Source of the DNA: Gaiellaceae bacterium
GTDB taxonomy: Bacteria > Actinomycetota > Thermoleophilia > Gaiellales > Gaiellaceae
Assembly (NCBI GenBank): GCA_035540835.1
Contig: DATLFU010000023.1
Coordinates: forward strand, 2,228-66,227
DNA: 64,000 nt
Direction: 5' to 3'
Made by a program: the position numbers and the translations under genes. The notes beneath the pieces were generated by a model. That model did not search any database and was not told where the DNA came from. It saw only the letters and a program-made list of their open reading frames with translations. How positions within the stretch are numbered: position 1 is the stretch's first letter; every line of letters begins with the position of its first letter. Positions 47,120 through 54,555 of the stretch are shown here, in pieces.

Positions 47120-47359
47120 CTAGCTCCGTCGCCAGAGGGTGACGATGAGCGCCGTCAGCTCGTCCCGTGCGGGATGGTTGTAAGCGATTGCGAGACGGCC
47201 CGACACGACGAGCCAGTCGGCGCCCCGCGTATTGCGTGAACGCCGCTCGTGCAGCGTGAGCACCGCTTCCTCGATGTCTGCACGAGCGATAGACAGCAGC
47301 TGCGCCTTGGCGAGCGCATGATCGGTCCACTCGACGATCCGAGGTCCTTCTTCGGCCAC
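47120..47359 (-). CDS. DUF4258-like protein (putative toxin partner of DUF2283)
   Basis: IVEWTDHALAKAQLLSIARADIEEAV... matches the DUF4258 pattern. Sits immediately downstream of the integrase. Confidence 0.6.
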   Translation of the reverse strand: MAEEGPRIVEWTDHALAKAQLLSIARADIEEAVLTLHERRSRNTRGADWLVVSGRLAIAYNHPARDELTALIVTLWRRS

Positions 47360-47418
47360 ACCCGGATCCTCCGCCGTGGAGCGGACAACCGCGCCCTATC
47401 CGAAGGGACGAAAGGCGG

Positions 47419-48471
47419 TCAGCCGCTCGTCCCGGCAAGCAGGACGACGTAGTCGAGCTCGGTCTCGTCGGTGAGGACGTGCGTGTAGGTATTCGCGGTT
47501 ACCGCGAGGTTGCGCTGGCCGACGAGCTCGCCGATACGCGCCCAGGGGACGCCGCGCAGGTGCTCGAGCGAGATCCGCCGGTGGCGGAGGTCGTGCGGCG
47601 AGAACGCCGGTACGCCGGCGGCGGTGCAGGCGCGCGCGACGGCGGTGCGGAAGCGGTCGCCGCCGAAGCCCTGGAAGACGCGGCGCTCGGGCGTTCGGTC
47701 TTCGCGGGGCACGAGCTCCAGCACTGCGTCGAAGATCGGCGGCGGCACGTGCACCCAGCGCCCGCGTCCGGTCTTGGACACCGCCTGCGAGACGCGCCAG
47801 CGTCCGCGTCCCTCGTCGACGTCGCCCCAGGCGAGCTGCTCGAGCTCGCCGAGCCGCATCCCGGTCGCGTCGAGGACGAGGAGAGGGAGCCTGTACCGCC
47901 GCGGGAGCAGCGCGTAGACGGCGAGCACGTGCTCGCCCGCCGGCGGCGCGATCTCCGGCCGCTGCTCGCGCGGGAGCCGGATGCGCACACGGTCGCGGGC
48001 AGGGTTCGGCGCGATGCCGGCGTGGTCGAGGACCATCGCCACCGCGTTGACGACCTTGCGGATCGACTCGCGCTTCGCGCCTTCGGCGTCGAGCCGTGCC
48101 ACGAGCTCGGCGACGTCCTGCGCCGACATTGCGTCGACCCGCCGCCTGCCGAGCGCGGGCAGCGCCTTGCGGATCGCCGTCCGGTGCTGCAACCGCGTCG
48201 CCTCGGCGATGTCGACGCGCGACTCCTGCCAACGCCGCGCGGCCTCCGCGAACGGCGGCGCGAGCGCCGGCTCGCCGAGCAGCTTCAGGTCCGGCACGCG
48301 GAGGGCCGCGAGCTCGCCGCCGATCCAGTCCCGCCGGCTCTTCGCCTCCCGCATCGTCCTGAAGGAGCCGCCGTAGTGGATGCGGCTCTCGCGACCGCCG
48401 AGCCGGTACTCGACGCGGAACCGCCTGCCGCCGTCCTTCGTCGGCCTGGCTCTGATCCAGACGCTAGCCAC
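47419..48471 (-). CDS. int: tyrosine-type site-specific recombinase / integrase
   Basis: 350 aa. N-terminal arm/SAM-like domain and a catalytic domain with TGMRLGEL (Arg), HDLRHRRIS (HxxR) and NTYTHV (Tyr). Confidence 0.9.
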   Translation of the reverse strand: MASVWIRARPTKDGGRRFRVEYRLGGRESRIHYGGSFRTMREAKSRRDWIGGELAALRVPDLKLLGEPALAPPFAEAARRWQESRVDIAEATRLQHRTAIRKALPALGRRRVDAMSAQDVAELVARLDAEGAKRESIRKVVNAVAMVLDHAGIAPNPARDRVRIRLPREQRPEIAPPAGEHVLAVYALLPRRYRLPLLVLDATGMRLGELEQLAWGDVDEGRGRWRVSQAVSKTGRGRWVHVPPPIFDAVLELVPREDRTPERRVFQGFGGDRFRTAVARACTAAGVPAFSPHDLRHRRISLEHLRGVPWARIGELVGQRNLAVTANTYTHVLTDETELDYVVLLAGTSG

Positions 48472-48925
48472 CTCTCACCGCCACTTTCGCGGTCGCGGTC
48501 GCGGGCGGACGCATGGGTCGCACGCGATCGTCGTCGAAGGTGCTGTGGGCGAGAAGGTCGCGGTACTCCTCGGCGCGGATCATCGGCCGCGAGTATCCAG
48601 GCAGTGAGACCACCGGCAGGGCCCGGAAGACGGCGTCGACGGCGCGCCGCTCGAGCCCGAGCTGGCGGAGGTGCGTTCGCGTCAGGAGCGCGCCGGGCGT
48701 CTCGAGAAGCTCCTTCGCCGTCGGCTGGTGCGGCGACGAGCGTGCTTCGGCGGTCGGTCCCCGGCCGCGCGGCTTCACATCTTCGCGTCGTTCCAGTTCC
48801 TGCTCCCATTCGTCGATCGTCAGCTGGCCGGGCGATGAGGTGGTTGCTGGACGCTGGCCTGGGATAGCAGCTCCCCGTCGTGGCAGGATCGAGCGTGGAA
48901 GCATATCAGCCACAGATGACGTCAA
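48464..48925 (-). CDS. putative excisionase-like HTH protein (start uncertain)
   Basis: Overlaps the integrase start by 8 nt. C-terminal LLTRTHLRQLGLERRAVDAVFRALPVVSLPGYSRPMIRAEEYRDLL resembles Xis/AlpA-type HTH. The N-terminal ~70 aa are low-complexity. Confidence 0.45.
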   Translation of the reverse strand: MTSSVADMLPRSILPRRGAAIPGQRPATTSSPGQLTIDEWEQELERREDVKPRGRGPTAEARSSPHQPTAKELLETPGALLTRTHLRQLGLERRAVDAVFRALPVVSLPGYSRPMIRAEEYRDLLAHSTFDDDRVRPMRPPATATAKVAVRGG

Positions 48926-48952
48926 CCAATCTGGGCCGTAGGATCCTGGACC

Positions 48953-49252
48953 GTGAGGAGCGCGGATCTGATCCGAGAGGCGAGGCTACGGGCCGGCCTG
49001 AGTCAGTACGAGCTCGCGGAACGCAGTGGTCGCGATCGGTCCGTCATCGCCCGCTGGGAGCAGGGCGCCGTCGCCCCGAGCGTCGAGACGCTGATCGAGC
49101 TCGTCCGCGCCTGCGGCTTCGATCTCCCGCTCGAGCTCGTGCCGTACGACCCGTCGCGCGGCGAGAAGCTCCGGAAGAACGCGCTCCTCTCGCCGGAGCG
49201 ACGCGTGCTGCGCTTCCTGAAGGCGCGCTCGAAGGCTTCCGGAGCGCCGTGA
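48953..49252 (+). CDS. XRE-family helix-turn-helix protein
   Basis: IREARLRAGLSQYELAERSGRDRSVIARWEQG is the canonical Cro/C1-type HTH. Confidence 0.8.
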   Translation: MRSADLIREARLRAGLSQYELAERSGRDRSVIARWEQGAVAPSVETLIELVRACGFDLPLELVPYDPSRGEKLRKNALLSPERRVLRFLKARSKASGAP

Positions 49253-49758
49253 GCGCCCTTCCACCGCACTTCGATCCGTACGCCCTCCTGGCCGCGCTCG
49301 AGCGTCAGCGGGTCAGCTACGTCCTCATAGGAGCCTTTGCGCGCGTCGTCCAGGGTACGGAGGAGCTCACGCACGGGCTCGACGTCGTCCCGTCGACGAG
49401 AGACCAGAACATCCGCCGGCTCGCGCTCGCGCTCGAGGCCCTCGACGCGCGTCACCGCGGCGGCCGGAGCGTTGCGCTCGAGCGCGACCTCGCCCGCGGG
49501 CCGGTCCTGGAGCTCGAGACCAGCGCGGGCGAGGTGAAGGTCGTCGCCGAGCCGGCCGGCACCCGCGGCTACGACGACCTGCGCCGCCACGCCACCCGCG
49601 AGCCGATCGGGAAGGGCCTGCGCCCCTCCGTGGCCTCGATCGGCGACCTCGCCCGCATGGCAGCCGCGCTCGGCCGCGAGCAAGACCGCGAGCCGCTCCA
49701 GCAGCTCCGCACCCTCGCCGAGCTCGCGCGCGGCCTCCATCGAGGCCTCGAGCGCTGA
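49249..49758 (+). CDS. minimal nucleotidyltransferase-fold protein (TA-type partner of the XRE gene)
   Basis: GTG at 49249 overlaps the XRE stop (GTGA). VSYVLIGAFARVVQGTEELTHGLDVV resembles the G-x-A...T-x-D-x-D pattern of MNT/AbiEii-type nucleotidyltransferases. Confidence 0.45.
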   Translation: MSALPPHFDPYALLAALERQRVSYVLIGAFARVVQGTEELTHGLDVVPSTRDQNIRRLALALEALDARHRGGRSVALERDLARGPVLELETSAGEVKVVAEPAGTRGYDDLRRHATREPIGKGLRPSVASIGDLARMAAALGREQDREPLQQLRTLAELARGLHRGLER

Positions 49759-49913
49759 CGAGTCTTGCGCGGAGACCCGCCTGCGAGGAGCAGCTACGAG
49801 GCCGGATAGCCGGAGGGGCACATATGCACCCCTCGGTGCAGAAGCGCCTCGCCGACGATTCGGGTCACCGTTGCTGGTGCTATCCTTACTTCAACCTGTA
49901 AGTAAGGAGAGCT

Positions 49914-50159
49914 ATGGACATCGCCGCCCGCGTCACTTCGAAGGGGCAGATCACGATTCCGAAGCCGGTGCGCGAGGCGCTCAAGCTCACAGACGGCGAT
50001 CACGTGGTCTTCCGCGTCGTCGAGGGTGAGCGAGCGATTCTGGCGCGGACGCCGGACCTGCTCGATCTCGCCGGAGCGGTTCCGGTCCCGGCCGGCGTAC
50101 GAGGACTTCCGTGGGAAGAGATCCGCCGGCGGGCGTGGTCGGGACAGCTCCGCGGTTGA
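49914..50159 (+). CDS. vapB: AbrB/MazE/SpoVT-family antitoxin (VapB-like)
   Basis: RVTSKGQITIPKPVREALKLTDGDHVVF is the SpoVT-AbrB swapped-hairpin motif. Confidence 0.8.
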   Translation: MDIAARVTSKGQITIPKPVREALKLTDGDHVVFRVVEGERAILARTPDLLDLAGAVPVPAGVRGLPWEEIRRRAWSGQLRG

Positions 50160-50554
50160 CCGCGTTCATCGACTCGAACGTCCTCATCCGACATCTGACC
50201 GGCGATCCGCCCGATCAGGCGAGGGCTGCGACCGGGTTCCTGCGAAGCGGCGAGAGCTTCATCCTCGTCGATCTGGTCGTGGCGGAGGTCGTCTACGTGC
50301 TCGAGTCCGTCTACGAAGTCGAGCGAGAGCGGGTTGCGGAGCTCGTTCGCGCGATCCTGGCCTTCGCGTCGGTGGCCGTACCGGACGAGCCGTTGCTCCT
50401 CCGCGCGCTCGAGATCTACGAGCAGTATCGGATCCACTTCGCCGAGTCGTACCTTGCCGCCTGCGCAGAGTTCTCAGGAGTTGGAGTCGTCGCCTCGTTC
50501 GACCGTGACGTCGACCGCCTGACATCGATTCGCCGGCTCGAGCCGACCGCCTGA
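50156..50554 (+). CDS. vapC: PIN-domain ribonuclease toxin (VapC-like)
   Basis: TTG at 50156 overlaps the vapB stop (TTGA). FIDSNVLI (Asp1), AEVVYVLE (Glu), ESYLAACA and SFDRD acidic residues in PIN order. An alternative GTG lies at 50111. Confidence 0.75.
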   Translation: MTAFIDSNVLIRHLTGDPPDQARAATGFLRSGESFILVDLVVAEVVYVLESVYEVERERVAELVRAILAFASVAVPDEPLLLRALEIYEQYRIHFAESYLAACAEFSGVGVVASFDRDVDRLTSIRRLEPTA

Positions 50555-50685
50555 CGGACCTTGACCAGGCGTGTCGGATCCGCCCAAACGCGTCAAACGC
50601 GACCGAACGCGCATACGGCGTGCCCCCACTGGCGCCCCCATCGCCTCGAAAAACCGATTAGCAGGATTGTTTCGAATCTCACGAC

Positions 50686-51090
50686 TGGTCGGGATCAGCT
50701 ACCTCGGCGCCGCCTGCATCATCTTGGCGAGGTCGGCGACGTCCGCCGTATCGCCAGCAAGGCCCGCTTCGCGCGCTTGAACGGCACCGCCCCGATCCCC
50801 GCCTCCTCCGGCCAGACGCAGAGGTCACCGGCTGGAACAAGGGCGGCACCGTCGGCTCAACCACACGCTGGACATGATGGCGCTCACCCAGGCCCGCCAC
50901 GACCCGCGCGCCCGCGCCTACCTCGAGCGGCGGCGCGCGGAAGGCCGCACCCACCGCGAGGCCCTCCGCGCCCTCAAAACGGGACCTCTCCGACGCCGTC
51001 GACCAGCAGCTCCGCCGCGACGCGGGACTCACGGCACCCGCCTTGACATGGGAGCTCATCACGATGCGAGGCCAGGGCGGCTCGTGGTGA
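50686..51090 (+). pseudogene. IS110-family transposase, 3' remnant with multiple frameshifts
   Basis: Three reading frames must be spliced to read GISYLGAACIILA / EVGDVRRIASKARFARLNGTAPIPASSGQTQR / HRLEQGRHRRLNHTLDMMALTQARHDPRARAYLERRRAEGRTHREALRALK / RDLSDAVDQQLRRD. The N-terminal DEDD domain is absent. Confidence 0.7.
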
Positions 51091-51386
51091 CCACGAGCCG
51101 CGCTTGGCTCGTCGGTTCCTGTGCGAGGGGCGCGACGCCTGCTCGAGGCTCACGAATGCGTCCCCCACATGAGCTCTGCGGAGTGCTTCATCTTCCGAAG
51201 GGAGCGAGGAGTTGACAGGCGTCGAAGCAGACGTCATGCTCTGCGTGACGCAGGGGGAGCCGTGGTTCGTGCCTACACTTCCTTTGCTGCGGCATCTTCA
51301 TCGTCATGGCGTGCTGGGCTGCTTCCCATGGCGCGCGCGTGAGAGCCATCGCCGTGCGCGGTAGGGCGATCGATCCAGGGGACGCT

Positions 51387-51962
51387 ATGACGATGGAGGC
51401 GGCGGCGCTTGGCTCGCGATTCCTGCTGGCATTTGTATTGATCCTCGCCAGCATTCCGAAGCTCGCCGCGCAGCAGGAGTTCGCTCGCGCTGTTGAGAAC
51501 TATGGCCTCGTCCCGCGGTTTCTGGTTCGGCCCTTTTCTCGTACACTGCCCGCGTTCGAACTCCTGGCGGGATCGGCGCTCCTCGCTGGCGTCGCCATCG
51601 CGGCGGTGTCCGTGGCAGTCACCGGCATGCTTCTGATCTTCGCCACCGCGATCACGTGGAACCTTCTGCATGGTCGGAAGATCGAGTGCGGTTGCGCTGG
51701 ATCTGCTCTGCCTCGCGTGATTTCGTGGCACCTGGTCGCACGTGATCTGTTCCTCGCTGCGGTCGCGGTCTTTGTGGCTCTCGCCGCTTTCGCGGGAATC
51801 GCGGGTTCGTTCTTGTCGCCACCGGAGGGAGTCGCAGCCGGCGATGCGGTCGCCGTACTGCTCATTGCGGCGCTCCTTGTATTCAGCGACGCCTTGATCG
51901 CGGATGGTTTCCGCGCTGCATCCGCCTCACACGCGTTTTCCAACCGTACCGGATCGACATGA
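51387..51962 (+). CDS. MauE/DoxX-family redox-associated membrane protein
   Basis: ATG at 51387. 4-5 TM segments. LGSRFLLAFVLILASIPKLAAQQEFARAVENYGLVP and HGRKIECGCAGS (CGC motif) as in MauE-type proteins. Confidence 0.7.
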   Translation: MTMEAAALGSRFLLAFVLILASIPKLAAQQEFARAVENYGLVPRFLVRPFSRTLPAFELLAGSALLAGVAIAAVSVAVTGMLLIFATAITWNLLHGRKIECGCAGSALPRVISWHLVARDLFLAAVAVFVALAAFAGIAGSFLSPPEGVAAGDAVAVLLIAALLVFSDALIADGFRAASASHAFSNRTGST

Positions 51963-52549
51963 GCGGTCCCTGGATGATCGCGTTCAGCGTCCTTACCGGA
52001 GTGGTCGTGATTCTCGTCCTGATCGTCTTCGGCATTCTGCGCCGAGTCTCAGTGGTGCTTGAGCAGGCCGAGGCCGCTCTCCAAGCGAACGGGCCGCCGC
52101 GCCCGAGCGGACTCCCCCCGGGTACGCGCCTCCCCGCTTTCGAAGGCGTCACATCCGGCGATTCGCATTTCGCCAGCTCAAGTCTTCGCGGTACGCCGGC
52201 GGTCCTTGTTCTGCTTGGCCGGAACTGTCCTAGCTGCCGAGCACTCGAAGCTGAGTTGGCGGCGGTGAAGGTTTCGGAACTCGGGGTTCGCGTCGTCGCC
52301 ATCGTCAATGGTGCCGAGCACGCGGAGCGTCTGAGACGAACATCCGAACTGGAGGTCGTTCAACAGCTTGACCACAGCGTTGCGAAGGCCCTTCAGAGCA
52401 CTATGACGCCACACGCGTTCGTGATCGACGCCGAGGGCGTGATCGAGGAAACGGGGATCCCAAGTAGCTTCGAGTCTTTGCGAGCTTTGACTATGAGTGT
52501 CCGGAGACGCGACCAACAGACGGAGACAAGGGAAGTTGCGCGCGCTTGA
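51959..52549 (+). CDS. membrane-anchored thioredoxin-fold thiol:disulfide oxidoreductase (TlpA/ResA/MauD-like)
   Basis: ATGA overlap with the MauE-like gene. N-terminal TM, then LPAFEG...PAVLVLLGRNCPSCRAL (CxxC) and TPHAFVIDAEGVI. Confidence 0.7.
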   Translation: MSGPWMIAFSVLTGVVVILVLIVFGILRRVSVVLEQAEAALQANGPPRPSGLPPGTRLPAFEGVTSGDSHFASSSLRGTPAVLVLLGRNCPSCRALEAELAAVKVSELGVRVVAIVNGAEHAERLRRTSELEVVQQLDHSVAKALQSTMTPHAFVIDAEGVIEETGIPSSFESLRALTMSVRRRDQQTETREVARA

Positions 52550-52738
52550 CCAGAGTCGCTTCTATCGGCACGCTACCGTCGTCGAAGCGGCAAGCCTTGG
52601 AAATGCCTGACGCGATTAGCCACATCCGGAAGCGGCAACGGCGATTCATATATTGACTAGGAGTCATGAGAGGAGGTGGTGAGGCAGAGATTCTCCACTC
52701 CTGTAACGAACGTAAGAAGTCGAAGGGAGAGAATCGCG

Positions 52739-52993
52739 GTGGTCGAGCAAGTCACGACTAATCGGAAGAGCTTTCTGCGGCAGATCGGAGTCACTATAGG
52801 GGCCGCCTTTGGAGCGCTCGCACTCCCCGCGGTGGCCCGGGCCGCACAAAACCAGTGCTGCCCGACCAATCACAGTGTGTGCCCCGAGTGTCCTCCGAAC
52901 TCGGTGCCGTACTGGTGCGACTGCTCGCCGCACCTGCCGTCTTACTGTCAGTGTCGACAGAGCGATACTGGGTGCGACCCCGCTCCTTGCTAA
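52739..52993 (+). CDS. small exported cysteine-rich peptide (10 Cys in the last 45 residues), Tat-like RK signal
   Basis: GTG at 52739 with GGGAGAG SD 7 nt upstream (the track start 52676 abuts its SD). TNRKSFLRQIGVTIGAAFGALALPAVARA / AQNQCCPTNHSVCPECPPNSVPYWCDCSPHLPSYCQCRQSDTGCDPAPC. Confidence 0.6.
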   Translation: MVEQVTTNRKSFLRQIGVTIGAAFGALALPAVARAAQNQCCPTNHSVCPECPPNSVPYWCDCSPHLPSYCQCRQSDTGCDPAPC

Positions 52994-53033
52994 CCGCGGA
53001 TCGCGGGACCTAGCTTGGGACCTGCCGCAGGTC
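52994..53033. terminator. two short GC hairpins between convergent genes
   Basis: CCGCG-gat-CGCGG immediately after the TAA, then GACCTGC-c-GCAGGTC at 53019-53033. No U-tract. Confidence 0.3.
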
Positions 53034-53104
53034 GCAGAGCCCAGCCGTTCCTTCGCGGCAACGTGTTGGGCTCTGTGGCCTCGCCGCCGTCGTCCGTCTA
53101 GGGG

Positions 53105-53869
53105 TCAGCGCCAGCAGTGGCGCGCGGCGTAGAGCTGGACGCTCGTCCTCGTTGCGGTCGCGAAGGCCAATGGGCGTCCGTTCTGGGTACGAACTGCAAT
53201 GGCTCCTTGGGTGATCCTTCCTCCGCGCGCTGCCATCAGTCGCGGCGAGACCGCCACCCAGCGCGACGGCCGCTCGAAAGTTGCGCGAATCCGAACTAGC
53301 ACCTGCCGAGGAGCCTCGCACTTCTGCTTCTCCTGGAACATTGCGCGACCCCCCGCGAGGCCGGTCATGGCGAGCGGCACCTGTGCGTTCACGACGCGGC
53401 AATCCTGGCGGCTGTAACGTGCCTGCCCCGTCCACGGCGAGGTATCCGGGTATCGGTCAGTCTGCAACGAGATCCACGTTCCGGTCTCGGCGCCGCCGCT
53501 CGTCATGCTGACGCTGCTTGGCACCGGCCCCAGCGGCTCGCGCCGCGTAGGTACGGGCGGAGTCGCCACCATCTCGATCATCCGCAGACCTCCCTGTACT
53601 TGCGTGGAACAGAGGAGCGTCCGGTCGACTACGCGGGCACTAGGAGTCGCGGCTTGATCCTGGAGGGCACGCTCTGCGCCGAGGGCGGCAAGTGCGAGCA
53701 CAAGGACCGTCGCTAGCGCGATGCCGCCGATCAGCGGCACGCGCCGGCGGCGGGCTGCGTGTTCGGTTTGGGCGAGCAGGTTCATGATTCCGCGCTCGGC
53801 CGCGGCAGGCGCCACGTCGGGCGTTGCCGCGCGGGCCTCGCGCAGGAGCGTCTCGAGATTAGGCTGCAT
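53105..53869 (-). CDS. putative anti-sigma factor / single-pass membrane protein with 4-Cys ectodomain
   Basis: ATG at 53869 overlaps the sigma gene end by 11 nt. Short cytoplasmic N-terminus, TM VPLIGGIALATVLVLALAALG and a ~180-aa outside domain. No zinc-binding anti-sigma motif seen. Called by position only. Confidence 0.4.
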   Translation of the reverse strand: MQPNLETLLREARAATPDVAPAAAERGIMNLLAQTEHAARRRRVPLIGGIALATVLVLALAALGAERALQDQAATPSARVVDRTLLCSTQVQGGLRMIEMVATPPVPTRREPLGPVPSSVSMTSGGAETGTWISLQTDRYPDTSPWTGQARYSRQDCRVVNAQVPLAMTGLAGGRAMFQEKQKCEAPRQVLVRIRATFERPSRWVAVSPRLMAARGGRITQGAIAVRTQNGRPLAFATATRTSVQLYAARHCWR

Positions 53870-54398
53870 TCTCTTCCTCCTTGATCGCCTCGCGGAGTTC
53901 GGCCCGCGCGCGGCTGAGACGAGCGAGCACCGTGCCGACCGGGACGCCGAGCACATCGGCGATGTCCTTCACGGCGTAGTCGAGCCAGTAGTGGAGGACA
54001 ACGACGATCCGCTTCTCGGCAGGCAGAGCTGCGACCGCCTCGGCGACCGCGACCTGCGCGTCGCTCGCCTCCTCGTTCCACCGCGGCGCCGCCTCGTCTG
54101 GCGGCTCGGCGACGCGAACGAGTCTGCGGTCGCGCCGCAGCTCGTCGAGCGCGCAGTTGACCGCGATCCGGGTGATCCAGGGGCGGAGCGGTCGCGTCTC
54201 GTCAAAGGTGTCCAGCGAGCGGATGACCCGGTGGATCGCCTCCTGGGTCACGTCGTCGGTCGCCGTACGATCGAGCAGCACGCGGTAGGCGGCCTGCCAG
54301 GCGACGTTCCAGTACTTGTCGGCCAGGCGCGCAAGCGCCTCGCGGTCGCCGCGGCGGACGAGCCGGACCAGGATCGCGTCGTCGCTTGGGCGCGCCAT
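53859..54398 (-). CDS. ECF-type RNA polymerase sigma factor
   Basis: Region 2 (DVTQEAIHRVIRSLDTFDETRPLRPWITRIAVNCALDELRR) and region 4 (YAVKDIADVLGVPVGTVLARLSRARAELR). Confidence 0.85.
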   Translation of the reverse strand: MARPSDDAILVRLVRRGDREALARLADKYWNVAWQAAYRVLLDRTATDDVTQEAIHRVIRSLDTFDETRPLRPWITRIAVNCALDELRRDRRLVRVAEPPDEAAPRWNEEASDAQVAVAEAVAALPAEKRIVVVLHYWLDYAVKDIADVLGVPVGTVLARLSRARAELREAIKEEENAA

Positions 54399-54457
54399 CT
54401 GCTCTTTCTACTGTGGCGAGCGGCTGCTTATTGCAACTCGCGCCGGCGGAAGTCCGA

Positions 54458-54479
54458 GGACAGCACCGAGGACAGCACC
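54458..54479 (+). repeat. tandem 10-mers GGACAGCACC x2, candidate integrase arm-type sites (tRNA-proximal arm)
   Basis: GGACAGCACCgaGGACAGCACC lies 76 nt inside the island from the att copy, in the same orientation as 46297-46318. Confidence 0.5.
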
Positions 54480-54555
54480 ATTTGCGCTTTTGCGGCACGG
54501 GCGTCACCCGTGACGCACGTAACCATGCGGGTTTGCGCCTTTGGCCTACCCTCTT

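Noticed and set aside
51212-51240. TTGACA-N17-CATGCT as the promoter of the MauE-like cassette
   Set aside because: The -10 is weak, the site is 150 nt from the start codon, and an ECF-type promoter would be expected if the adjacent sigma controls the cassette. It is too speculative to annotate.
52666-52761. 31-codon ATG ORF (MRGGGEAEILHSCNERKKSKGENRGGRASHD) upstream of and overlapping the Cys-rich peptide gene
   Set aside because: It could be a uORF, but it has no separate SD (the ATG precedes the GAGAGGAGG string) and no distinctive features. It is mentioned only under the peptide start ambiguity.
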